Of a DNA stretch of 52,388 nucleotides, positions 39,845-49,377 are shown one piece after another. The DNA lies in assembly GCA_947591455.1 (NCBI GenBank), contig CANQDC010000003.1:1-52388 (forward strand), written 5' to 3'. The translations under genes and the position numbers were made by a program. This DNA is from an uncultured Bacilli bacterium (GTDB taxonomy: Bacteria > Bacillota_I > Bacilli_A > RF39 > UBA660). Numbering within the stretch: the stretch's first letter is position 1; every line of letters begins with the position of its first letter. Under the pieces are notes generated by a model that was given only the letters and a program-made list of their open reading frames with translations, was not told the origin of the DNA and searched no databases.

Positions 39845-41209
39845 CTAAAAATCACAATTTCCTGGTGTTCTTGGATACGGAATAACGTCTCTTATATTAT
39901 CGACTCCTGTTAAATAGATTAATAATCTTTCAAAACCCATACCGAAACCAGAATGCGGACAAGTTCCATATTTTCTTAAATTTAAATACCATTCCATATC
40001 TTTCGTTTCCATATGCATTTCTTGCATTCGTTTCACAAGTTTATCGTAGTCTTCTTCTCTTTGACTACCACCCATCAATTCACCAGCGCCCGGTACTTCT
40101 AAATCAACAGCAGCAACCGTTTTATTATCGGGATTTAATTTCATATAAAAAGCTTTGATATCTTTCGGCCAATTTTTAATAAACACCGGTCCATCAAAAT
40201 ATTCTGTTAAATATTTTTCATGTTCTTTCGCAATATCGCATCCATATTGGGGTTCATATTCCCATTTAACAGATGCTTTTTTAAGAATGGTAATAGCATC
40301 ATAGTGATCAATACGGGTAAACTTACTATTTACTAATTTTTCTAATTTAGAAATAATTCCTTTTTCAACAAAATCATCAAAAAACTTCATTTCATCAGAA
40401 CATTTTTCTAATACAGAAGAAACCACATATTTTAACATGTCTTCCATAACTTGCATGTCGCCTTCTAAATCACAGAAAGCCATTTCTGGTTCAATCATCC
40501 AAAATTCTGCCGCATGCGTTTTTGTATTTGAATTCTCTGCTCGAAATGTTGGTCCAAACGTATAGGTCTTTTTATAAGCAGTAGCAAATGTTTCCGCCTC
40601 CAATTGCCCACTGACCGTTAAATTTGTCATTTTGCCAAAAAAATCTTTACTATAATCAATTTCTTTTTGGCCACTATTTAAAGGAAGAGTCGTTACTTGA
40701 AACATTTCTCCAGCCCCTTCACAATCACTTGAAGTTAAAAGAGGTGCATGAAAATACACAAACCCATGCTTTTGAAAATATTCATGAATAGCAAAAGCAG
40801 CAACACTTCGAACCCGGAATACCGCTTGAAAAAGATTCGTTCTAGGTCTTAAATAAGCAACACTTCGCAAAAACTCTCTTGTATGACGTTTCGGCTGAAT
40901 TGGATAATCTTCAGGGCAAGTTCCCACGACATCAATTTTCACTGCTTGCAATTCTACTTCTTGATTTCCCCTCGATTCAACGAGTTTCCCTTCTATATGT
41001 AAAGCACTTCCAACCAATACTTTACTAATTTCATCAAAATTTTCTAAAGAAGTATCGTAAACAATTTGCAAGTGTTTAAAGCAAGTTCCATCGCTAAAAT
41101 CAATAAAACCAAACCCTTTTTGACGGCGATGATTACGTACCCAACCATCTAAACAAATCGTTGTATTTAAGTATTTCGTACTATCTACAAAAATTTCTCT
41201 TAAATCCAT
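39845..41209 (-). CDS. asnS: asparagine--tRNA ligase
   Basis: CEGAGEMF, LTVSGQL, FRAENS, EFWMIEPE, GGSQRE, GFERL. Confidence 0.96.
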   Translation of the reverse strand: MDLREIFVDSTKYLNTTICLDGWVRNHRRQKGFGFIDFSDGTCFKHLQIVYDTSLENFDEISKVLVGSALHIEGKLVESRGNQEVELQAVKIDVVGTCPEDYPIQPKRHTREFLRSVAYLRPRTNLFQAVFRVRSVAAFAIHEYFQKHGFVYFHAPLLTSSDCEGAGEMFQVTTLPLNSGQKEIDYSKDFFGKMTNLTVSGQLEAETFATAYKKTYTFGPTFRAENSNTKTHAAEFWMIEPEMAFCDLEGDMQVMEDMLKYVVSSVLEKCSDEMKFFDDFVEKGIISKLEKLVNSKFTRIDHYDAITILKKASVKWEYEPQYGCDIAKEHEKYLTEYFDGPVFIKNWPKDIKAFYMKLNPDNKTVAAVDLEVPGAGELMGGSQREEDYDKLVKRMQEMHMETKDMEWYLNLRKYGTCPHSGFGMGFERLLIYLTGVDNIRDVIPYPRTPGNCDF

Positions 41210-41218
41210 ACTTTCCTC

Positions 41219-42475
41219 CTAGGCATTAGAAACAATATAATCAATTATTTCGTTTTCATCAATTTTATGTTCTTCTTTCGTTTTATTATCCTTTACTGTA
41301 ATTAATCCTTTACTTAAATCTTCACTATTTAAAAGAATTAATAGTTCTGCTTGATTACGATCGGCTTCTTTAAATTGACTTTTTAGAGAACGCCCCGTTG
41401 TATCATAATCAACAGAAACACCAGAAATTCGTAAATCCTGGGCCAAAGTAATGGCTTTCATTTTTTCTTCTTCATTTACATATAAAATATAACAATTTAA
41501 AGGTCGACGTTCAGAGAATATAGGATCATCCATAGCTAACATGACCCGTTCTAAGCCACTAGCAAAACCCATACATGGAATACTTGGGCCTCCTAAATCC
41601 TCCACAAGTCCATTATATCTTCCACCAGCCGCAATCGTGTTCGCACTTCCTAATACTTCTTTATCACAAACAATTTCAAAGACAGTATAATCATAATAAT
41701 CAAGGCCACGAACAATTTTATCATCCACTTCATAATCAATATCTAAGAAAGTTAAATATTGTAATACTTTTTTAAATCGATCTTGCGATTCTTTACTTTG
41801 ATAATCCAAAATACTAGGTACATTTTTTAATAGGTCATTATCTTGATCGACCTTACAATCTAAAATACGTAAGGGATTAGTCTCAAAACGTTTTTGACAA
41901 TCACTACATAATTCATGAATATGAGGTTTTAAATAAGAAACTAACGCTTCACGATACTTTTCACGATCCTTCTTTGCCCCTAAATTATTAATTTTAACTG
42001 TTAAATCTTTAAATCCTAACTCTTCAAAAAGACGATAAGGCAAAGAAATTACTTCTGCATCAATAGCAGGATCATTGCTTCCTAAAACTTCTATACCAAA
42101 TTGCGTAAATTCTCTATTTCTACCATTTCCAGGTCGTTCATATCGATACATAGTCCCATTATAGAAAAACTTTCGAGGCAAATTTTCGCCATATAATTTA
42201 TTTTCAATAAAACTACGAACAACTCCTGCTGTTCCTTCTGGACGAAGAGTCAATTCACGATCACTACGATCCTTAAAATCATACGTTTCCTTTGTGACAA
42301 TATCAGAAGATTCTCCTACACTACGGTGAAATAATTCCCGTGATTCAAATAGTGGAGTTCGAATGTATTCATAATTATAAAAATCACAAAAATATTCAAT
42401 TAATTGATTAATTTTTTCTAACTTTACGGCCTCTTTTCCAAGAACATCGTAGGTTCCTTTAGGTTTCATTATCAT
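41219..42475 (-). CDS. hisS: histidine--tRNA ligase
   Basis: LRPEGTA, RYERP, VRGLDYY, GGRYN, GLER. Confidence 0.96.
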   Translation of the reverse strand: MIMKPKGTYDVLGKEAVKLEKINQLIEYFCDFYNYEYIRTPLFESRELFHRSVGESSDIVTKETYDFKDRSDRELTLRPEGTAGVVRSFIENKLYGENLPRKFFYNGTMYRYERPGNGRNREFTQFGIEVLGSNDPAIDAEVISLPYRLFEELGFKDLTVKINNLGAKKDREKYREALVSYLKPHIHELCSDCQKRFETNPLRILDCKVDQDNDLLKNVPSILDYQSKESQDRFKKVLQYLTFLDIDYEVDDKIVRGLDYYDYTVFEIVCDKEVLGSANTIAAGGRYNGLVEDLGGPSIPCMGFASGLERVMLAMDDPIFSERRPLNCYILYVNEEEKMKAITLAQDLRISGVSVDYDTTGRSLKSQFKEADRNQAELLILLNSEDLSKGLITVKDNKTKEEHKIDENEIIDYIVSNA

Positions 42476-42494
42476 ATTCTATTCCTCCTTTTTG

Positions 42495-42705
42495 ATAATA
42501 AAAAAACCTAATAATGTAAGGACGAAAATAATTCCGCGGTGCCACCTTACTTTACTAGGTACTCTCTCAAAATTTATCGCATTTTATGCGTTCTATGTTA
42601 TGAAAAGCTGTCTTTCTATTTATACTTTTTAGGCATTCGCAGCAAACTAGCCTTCTCTTAAAAAAGCACTTAAATATACTTTGTCTTTTCCATAGAAATT
42701 ACGTA
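42495..42705 (-). promoter_or_regulatory. T-box riboswitch, probably Asp-specific
   Basis: AAGGTGGCACCGCGG T-box (about 42534-42548); stem I AGAGA/GCTG elements; candidate specifier GAC at 42610-42612. Confidence 0.85.
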
Positions 42706-42712
42706 TATCTAC

Positions 42713-42741
42713 ATTTTATTACTTTTGCAATTTAAAGTCAA
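42713..42741 (-). promoter_or_regulatory. sigmaA promoter of the T-box leader
   Basis: TTGACT-N17-TAAAAT. Confidence 0.7.
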
Positions 42742-42788
42742 GCAACTAACTATTATTATGTTTTAGTCAGCTAAAAATATACATTAGA

Positions 42789-44783
42789 TTAGATGGCTAG
42801 AACTACACGGAAAGAAATACTATTAACTCCATTTCCATGAGTTCTTCCAATATAAAATGGACCAGCCTCAAATCCACTACGAAAATGTCCTCCTCGAACA
42901 AACCATGGAGTACTACTAGATTCATTACCAAATGGGAAAAATGCTGTATTTTTATACCAACCACTCACTGTTCGATCACTGTTTTCTACTCCAGTACTTT
43001 CAATACGATAATGTATTTTATAAAAAGGACCAAGTTCTTTCGTTGCATCTCCTAAGATTCCGCGACTATAATCATACGCATTAGTACTATAACTATAAAC
43101 ATCATAATATTTAGACTCTGGTAAATCAATTCCATCTGTCACCTCTTGGCCGTCTAAAGTTTTACCCTTAAATCCAGAATTACGACTTATTTTTTGACCT
43201 GAGGCCGGAATATTAGAATTACTTTCTGCTTCCATACCTGCTAAAACAAATTCTAAAGATCCACCACTTAAATCATAGATACCTGTATAATTTCCTGTCG
43301 TGCTAGCTAAGGTGCTTAAATTATTAAAATAGTTAACAGTATATTCTCCATCACTTCCTGCTTCAGAAGGACCATGTTCATTACATGCATTTGGATAACT
43401 AGAACATGGTTCCACTGTTGAGGATCCAATATCTCCCGTAGTCGGATTATTTCTAGCCGCATAACCGGTTAAATGAGAATCATTATTATTTACTCTTACT
43501 CTACTATCATCATTACATTGATTATCTTTACATCTACCATATTTAGAATTTGTAAGGTACGCTACTGCTCCCCATTCTGTATTCTTCATCATATGACTGT
43601 CTAATTCTCTTTGATAGTTATAACTTACTAAATGAGCATTAGCTAATTGAATACTTCTCCAACTATAGACATTTGGCTTGATTTGTAATTTTTTTGCTGC
43701 TTCAATAGCTTCATCTGCACTAGCTGGATTTACCTCAGCAGCTTTTGTTGACTCTGCATCTTTATATCCTGATTCAAACTTACCTACCCATATTCCATTG
43801 ACTCCAAAGGCTGTAAAGGCTGGATGAGTAAGCCAATCAGTAGCTTTTGATCCATTTGATGCAATATCATTGGTTGTTTCAAATTGTATTTCAATTGGTT
43901 GAACTTTGCTTGATAATTGTGTCTCGTCTTCAACTCTTGTTGTATAATTCCCCTCATCCCATATTTTATATTTATATCTTGGGATCCATACAAAATAACT
44001 TTCTATGCTATCTTCATCTATTACTGCTCCCACTTCTGGTTCTTGAGCTTCATCTGCTAATATAACAGCATTTGCCCATTCTTGTTTTCCGTATTCATAC
44101 CATTTCTCTTCTAGATTGGCTCTTTTTACTTCTCCTTTAGCATCTATAATTACTGGAATTAAGTTTTCTCCTAATACTGGATCTGCTCCATTTAATAGAT
44201 CCTCTTTATAATAAGCATAATGGATATTTTCAGAAGTTACAGTTACTTTACTGGTGAAATTCTTATTCATAGCATCATCATTGATATCTACACTTTCATC
44301 TACCCATAATTTTAATGAAAAATCTTTTTCTTCGCCTGCTTTAATCGTACCTGTAGTTATTTGATAAGCTTTGTTTGCTGTAAAATCTGTTTCTTTTACT
44401 GTAGGATCGACTGTACTATATGTATTTAACAGTTCTTTACTATTTCCATTATAAGAAAGAGCTATATATTCATCACTTAAGACATCATTTTCATCTTTTA
44501 CTTCTAATTGGACACTATACGTAGCATCAACATTACATGTATTATGTATTTTAAAAGTAAAAGGGGTTAAAGCTTCTGCTTCTTTATCGGTTATAGGGAA
44601 TTCTTTTAATAAAGAGATATTATTTTGTTCTTCCTCGATATTTACTTCTAAGCAATTTGTATTTAATCTATTGATTGTTTCTTGACTTGCTTGGAAAGTC
44701 CAATAAGCATAACTGACTCCTATAATTACTACGATAAAAAGAAAAAGAAAAATGACGATTATATTTTTATGCTTCTTCTCCAT
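42789..44783 (-). CDS. secreted protein: SipW/TasA-like N-terminal region plus C-terminal FGE-type C-type-lectin domain
   Basis: TM followed by GVSYAYW; later THPAF...WVGKFE, NTEWGA, GIYDLSGG, RGG...SFRVVL at the C-terminus. Confidence 0.75.
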   Translation of the reverse strand: MEKKHKNIIVIFLFLFIVVIIGVSYAYWTFQASQETINRLNTNCLEVNIEEEQNNISLLKEFPITDKEAEALTPFTFKIHNTCNVDATYSVQLEVKDENDVLSDEYIALSYNGNSKELLNTYSTVDPTVKETDFTANKAYQITTGTIKAGEEKDFSLKLWVDESVDINDDAMNKNFTSKVTVTSENIHYAYYKEDLLNGADPVLGENLIPVIIDAKGEVKRANLEEKWYEYGKQEWANAVILADEAQEPEVGAVIDEDSIESYFVWIPRYKYKIWDEGNYTTRVEDETQLSSKVQPIEIQFETTNDIASNGSKATDWLTHPAFTAFGVNGIWVGKFESGYKDAESTKAAEVNPASADEAIEAAKKLQIKPNVYSWRSIQLANAHLVSYNYQRELDSHMMKNTEWGAVAYLTNSKYGRCKDNQCNDDSRVRVNNNDSHLTGYAARNNPTTGDIGSSTVEPCSSYPNACNEHGPSEAGSDGEYTVNYFNNLSTLASTTGNYTGIYDLSGGSLEFVLAGMEAESNSNIPASGQKISRNSGFKGKTLDGQEVTDGIDLPESKYYDVYSYSTNAYDYSRGILGDATKELGPFYKIHYRIESTGVENSDRTVSGWYKNTAFFPFGNESSSTPWFVRGGHFRSGFEAGPFYIGRTHGNGVNSISFRVVLAI

Positions 44784-44798
44784 TTTTAAATCACTCCT

Positions 44799-44871
44799 TA
44801 ACTTATTTTAGGTTATTACATCTTTATTATAACCTGTTTTAAGTTATAATTCAATAACTTATTTTAAGTTG
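44799..44871. promoter_or_regulatory. three 17-bp palindromic operators TAACYT-N5-ARGTTR
   Basis: taacttattttaggtta (44799-44815), taacctgttttaagtta (44830-44846), taacttattttaagttg (44855-44871). Confidence 0.8.
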
Positions 44872-44902
44872 TGCTATTCTTCCGTTGAGGTGACAAGATC
44901 AA

Positions 44903-45145
44903 ATGAATAGACTGAGAGAATTGAGAGAAAACCGAGATTTATATCAAAAAGATCTAGCAAAAATTTTAAATATGTCCCAAACCGGTTATTCTCAATATGA
45001 AACCGAAACAAATGATATTCCAACAGAAATATTAAAAAAATTAGCCTCATTTTATGGCGTAAGTATTGATTATTTACTATACTGTACAGACGAAAGAAAA
45101 CCGTATCCTAAATCAATTATTCATTCAAAAGAAAAGAGACCTTAA
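44903..45145 (+). CDS. XRE-family HTH transcriptional regulator
   Basis: RLRELRE...QKDLAKILNMSQTGYSQYE...VSIDYLL. Confidence 0.92.
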   Translation: MNRLRELRENRDLYQKDLAKILNMSQTGYSQYETETNDIPTEILKKLASFYGVSIDYLLYCTDERKPYPKSIIHSKEKRP

Positions 45146-45158
45146 AATATAAGATCTT

Positions 45159-45602
45159 TTATTTATTTTTAGAATCCAATAAAATGCTAATTGGACCATT
45201 ATTTTCAATATTTACGATCATATCCGCTCCAAAAACACCGGTTTTCACTGGGAGAAAGGAATTTAATTTTTGATTAAATAAATCATATAATGAACGAGCT
45301 TGTTCACTTTTCATGGCTTTTATATAAGAAGGACGATTGCCTTTTTTCGTATCAGCATGCAAAGTAAATTGACTAATCGATAATATTTCTCCTTGCGTTT
45401 CTAAGATATTTTTATTCATAATTCCTTTATCGTCATCAAATATACGTAATCCAATAATTTTTTTAACCATATAGTCGATATCTTGCTCTGTATCCGTAAC
45501 TTCAAAACCAACAAGCAAAACCATGCCTTTTGGTATTTGATTATACAGATTCCCCTCAATCGTTACAGAGGATTGATTACTGCGTTGAATGAATACTCTC
45601 AT
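45159..45602 (-). CDS. dtd: D-aminoacyl-tRNA deacylase
   Basis: LRIFDD, SQFTL, KGNRPS, FGADM, NGP; follows rel. Confidence 0.94.
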   Translation of the reverse strand: MRVFIQRSNQSSVTIEGNLYNQIPKGMVLLVGFEVTDTEQDIDYMVKKIIGLRIFDDDKGIMNKNILETQGEILSISQFTLHADTKKGNRPSYIKAMKSEQARSLYDLFNQKLNSFLPVKTGVFGADMIVNIENNGPISILLDSKNK

Positions 45603-47752
45603 AATTTTCGACCCGCTTTTTTTACAAAACGTAGAGAATACAAACTATTTAAAAAATCGTTTAACTCCGTAATATTGGCAACTTTAATCGTTAAAGAATA
45701 CACTAAATAGGTAGTAGAATCATTACTATGAATAGAAATAACATTTATATTTTTAGAAGTAGCTTTATTAATTATATCAGCAATATGATTTTTATCATTT
45801 AAGCATTCTACATAAATATTCGTTAAATATTCTTGATCCATATTTTCTCCCCAAAAAACTGGAATCAAACGTTCTTTTTTGGAAAGAATATTTGAGCAAT
45901 CACTTTTATGAACAGTAATTCCTTCTCCTTTAGTGATATAGCCCATAATTTTATCACCTTTTACTGGTTTACAACATTTCGCTAACGTAATTAAAATATC
46001 ATTATATCCTCCAACAATAATATCATTTTTATGATCTATTTTTGGTATATTTTTCGGTTTGGTAGCTTTTAAAGTTAAAGCATCTGATACATTGTTTTTT
46101 TCCTCAGTAGAAAGACGAATAACATAACCGGCTGTATAGCGAAATGAACCAATGGCCATATAGATATCATCCATATCATTAAACTTCAAATCTTTTTGAA
46201 TCTTTTTTAATTTTTCTTCATTAAAAACTTCTGCAAAAGATAAATGAAGTTTACGTAGTTCTTTTTCTAAGATATTTTTACCGGTTGTAATATATCGAAT
46301 CCGATCCTGTTTGCTGAAAAAAGAACGTATTTTACTTTTCGCACTATTGGTTTTAACAAATTGTAACCATTCTTGACTTGGCGTAGAATTTTTATTTATA
46401 TTAATCTTAACCACATCATGATCTTTTAATTCATAAGACAAAGGAACAATTTCATCGTTGACGATAGCACCAACTGTAGTATCTCCTACATGAGAGTGAA
46501 TACGATAAGCAAAATCAACAGGTGTAGAGCCTTTAGGAAGTTCAAAAACATCCCCATTCGGTGTAAATACATAAATAAATTCTCCTAGAACATCACTATT
46601 CACATTAATTAAAAAGTCTTCTTCATTATCATTTTCCTTATAGGTATCAATAATATTTCGAAAAATTTCTAATTTTTGTTCCATCATATTTTGAATTTTC
46701 TTGGTTCCTTTTTCTTTATAAGACCAATGAGAAGCAATTCCTTTTTCGGCTAGTTCATCCATCTCCTTCGTACGAACTTGTATTTCATAAATATGGCCAT
46801 CCGATCCAAAAACACCGGTATGTAAAGATTGATACATATTTTCTTTAGGCATAGCAATGTAATCTTTAAAACGTTTTGGTAAAGGATGGTATTTAGAGTG
46901 AATTAAACCAATAGCTAAGTAACAATCGCTTTCTTTTTCAACAATTAAACGTAAAGCTAAAATATCATAAATTTCTTTCCATTTTTTTCCTTTTTCTAAC
47001 TTTTTATATATGCTATAAACACTTTTTACTCGACTTTTTATCGTAAATTTCATACCATGATCTATTAACATTTCCGATATATCTTCTTGCATTCCATCTA
47101 AAATATCTCTTAGTTCTTCTACAGAAGTATCCAATTGTTTTAAAATATCTTCATATACTTCTGGTTTTAAATATTTTAAACATAAATCTTCTAATTCACT
47201 TTTAACAGAATAAATTCCTAAGCGATGGGCGATCGGAATAAGTACGGTCATGGTTTCCGTAGCTTTTTTCTTTTGCTTTTCAGGAGCCACTGCCCAAATC
47301 GTTCGCATATTATGTAACCGATCCGCCAACTTTATAAAAAGCACACGAACATCTTCCGCAAGACCTACTAAAACTTTTCTTAAATAAATAGCGGAAGATT
47401 CTTTATCATCAGGTAATTCCAATTTGTTAATCGTCGTAATACTTTTAACAATATTCGTAATTTCAGTCCCAAAATTTTGCTCTATTTCCTGTTCTTCTGT
47501 ATCGCCATTATTTATGACTTCATGAAGTAAAGCCGCCATAATCGTGATTTTATCAACGTGTAAATCACTTAAAATAAGAGCTACTTGCAAAGGATGCGTA
47601 ATAAATTCCTCATTCGTTAAACGCATAAAACCTTTATGTTTTTCATCAGCGAAAGTATATGCCTTTTGAATATCATCCAAATCCTCTTTGGAAAAATTTG
47701 GTTCTAATTTTTGTAATAATTCTTCAAACAGTCGTTCTTTTTCTTGCATCAT
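45599..47752 (-). CDS. rel: long RelA/SpoT homolog with altered hydrolase site
   Basis: KLADRLHNMRT, AHRLG, RFKDYI, YQSLHT, EIQVRT, TGS, CC-containing ZFD, ACT. Confidence 0.93.
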   Translation of the reverse strand: MMQEKERLFEELLQKLEPNFSKEDLDDIQKAYTFADEKHKGFMRLTNEEFITHPLQVALILSDLHVDKITIMAALLHEVINNGDTEEQEIEQNFGTEITNIVKSITTINKLELPDDKESSAIYLRKVLVGLAEDVRVLFIKLADRLHNMRTIWAVAPEKQKKKATETMTVLIPIAHRLGIYSVKSELEDLCLKYLKPEVYEDILKQLDTSVEELRDILDGMQEDISEMLIDHGMKFTIKSRVKSVYSIYKKLEKGKKWKEIYDILALRLIVEKESDCYLAIGLIHSKYHPLPKRFKDYIAMPKENMYQSLHTGVFGSDGHIYEIQVRTKEMDELAEKGIASHWSYKEKGTKKIQNMMEQKLEIFRNIIDTYKENDNEEDFLINVNSDVLGEFIYVFTPNGDVFELPKGSTPVDFAYRIHSHVGDTTVGAIVNDEIVPLSYELKDHDVVKININKNSTPSQEWLQFVKTNSAKSKIRSFFSKQDRIRYITTGKNILEKELRKLHLSFAEVFNEEKLKKIQKDLKFNDMDDIYMAIGSFRYTAGYVIRLSTEEKNNVSDALTLKATKPKNIPKIDHKNDIIVGGYNDILITLAKCCKPVKGDKIMGYITKGEGITVHKSDCSNILSKKERLIPVFWGENMDQEYLTNIYVECLNDKNHIADIINKATSKNINVISIHSNDSTTYLVYSLTIKVANITELNDFLNSLYSLRFVKKAGRKL

Positions 47753-47757
47753 TCCAC

Positions 47758-48006
47758 CTAGTTTCTACTTTTTTCATTCATATAAATAATTAATTCCTTT
47801 TCTGTAATATTTAATATATCATTTACAATATCAAATAATGTCAAATCAACATTTCTATGCCATTTTCTTTCCATTAAACAATTCCAAATAATTTTTTCTG
47901 TAATAAAAGGCAACTTTTGAATACGAAGTTCCTCTCTTTTAGAATGTAGGGCTGGGAAAACCCGTTCATAAAGTTCTTGCAATGATTGAAATTCTTCATT
48001 TACCAT
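47758..48006 (-). CDS. comN: post-transcriptional regulator ComN-like
   Basis: PALHSKREEL...IWNCL..KW...VNDIL; position between spoVB and rel. Confidence 0.7.
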   Translation of the reverse strand: MVNEEFQSLQELYERVFPALHSKREELRIQKLPFITEKIIWNCLMERKWHRNVDLTLFDIVNDILNITEKELIIYMNEKSRN

Positions 48007-48071
48007 AATCTCACACCCTTAAACATATATATTATAGAACAAAGTAAATATTTTTTAAAGGTGTGATTCGC

Positions 48072-49370
48072 ATGAAAAATAAATTTATTTCGTCAACGAT
48101 TATTTTAATTTTAGGAGGTTTTTTAACCAAATTTTTAGGTTTTCTCATTAAAATTCTATACACTCGCATTATATTAGAAGAAGGCGTCAGTTTATATGCG
48201 ATCATCATGCCTACTTACTCTCTTTTAATTACTATTGCAACGATGGCTATGCCACTCGCAATTTCGAAATTAGTCGCAGAAGAAAAAATAAGAAGTGTCA
48301 AGATTTTAACCTCATCAACAGCCATTATGATTCTTGTAAATGCTCTTCTTTTGTCCGTAATGTTTCCCTTAAGTAAATTCATTGCCTTTCATTTATTAAA
48401 AACCAAAGAAGCGTATATCTTGCTGTTAGCTTGTACCATCACCTTACCATTTATTAGTCTTTCAAGTATTGTCAAAGGGTATTTCTTTGGTAAACAAAGA
48501 ATGATTCCTTACGCAATTTCAAATTCTTTTGAACAGATAATTCGGTTACTATTAATTGCCCTATTTTTACCTTTTTTTATGAAAAAAGGAACTCTTTTTG
48601 GAGTATGTGCTTTAATTTTGTTAAACATTATTTCAGAAATTTCTTCTATTTTTATTTTCTTTCTCTTTTTACCAAAACATATTCAAATAAAAAAAGACGA
48701 TATTGTCCCAAATGTAAAAACCATAAAAGAAATTTTGCAAGTAAGTATCCCAACCGTTTCTTCAAGATTTGTAGGAAATATAGGTTTCTTTTTTGAACCC
48801 ATTATTTTGACAAACATTTTACTTTTTGTTGGTTATTCCAATTCTTTTATTTTAAGAGAATATGGAGCGTATAATGCCTATACAATTGCCCTTTTAACTA
48901 TGCCCAGCTTTTTTGTTGGGGCTATAGCTAGTTCCCTTGTTCCTGAGATTAGTAAATTTCATCAACAAAAAAATCATAAAATGGTAAAAAGAAGATTTCA
49001 TCAAGCTATGCTTTTTTCTTTTATTTTAGGGTTTTCTTTTTCTTTATTAATATTTATTTTTCGAAAAAAATTATTATGGATTTTATATCATACAACCAGT
49101 GGCTTAAATTATATTACCGTCTTAGCTCCTTTTTTTGTTTTATTTTACTTAGAAACCCCTATCATTAGCACTTTACAAGGACTTGGGGAAGCAAAATACA
49201 CGATGAAAATTACTTTTTGGGGCGTCATTTTAAAAAATATTGTTTTAGCTTTATTTTCTTTTTTACACATCGGCATTTATGGTTTAATTATTTCTGAAAT
49301 TGCCAATATTATCTTTGTAGTCAGTATGAACTTTTATAAAATAAAAAAAATAATGGCAATCAATTCTTGA
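48072..49370 (+). CDS. spoVB: MOP flippase, SpoVB-like
   Basis: TKFLGF...LPLAISKLVAE-type motif, EQIIR, LVPEIS, LQGLG; divergent from comN as in Bacillus. Confidence 0.78.
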   Translation: MKNKFISSTIILILGGFLTKFLGFLIKILYTRIILEEGVSLYAIIMPTYSLLITIATMAMPLAISKLVAEEKIRSVKILTSSTAIMILVNALLLSVMFPLSKFIAFHLLKTKEAYILLLACTITLPFISLSSIVKGYFFGKQRMIPYAISNSFEQIIRLLLIALFLPFFMKKGTLFGVCALILLNIISEISSIFIFFLFLPKHIQIKKDDIVPNVKTIKEILQVSIPTVSSRFVGNIGFFFEPIILTNILLFVGYSNSFILREYGAYNAYTIALLTMPSFFVGAIASSLVPEISKFHQQKNHKMVKRRFHQAMLFSFILGFSFSLLIFIFRKKLLWILYHTTSGLNYITVLAPFFVLFYLETPIISTLQGLGEAKYTMKITFWGVILKNIVLALFSFLHIGIYGLIISEIANIIFVVSMNFYKIKKIMAINS

Positions 49371-49377
49371 CATTATT

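Noticed and set aside
32934-41209. Co-occurrence of asnS and gatCAB as redundancy
   Set aside because: Normal in Firmicutes, where GatCAB is needed for Gln-tRNA formation.
148-48796. Short ORFs overlapping real genes (e.g. 148-375, 738-1244, 3358-3567, 6843-7178, 11995-12423, 33666-33992, 37351-37659, 48605-48796)
   Set aside because: Alternate-frame or antisense shadows of well-supported genes, without RBS or motifs.
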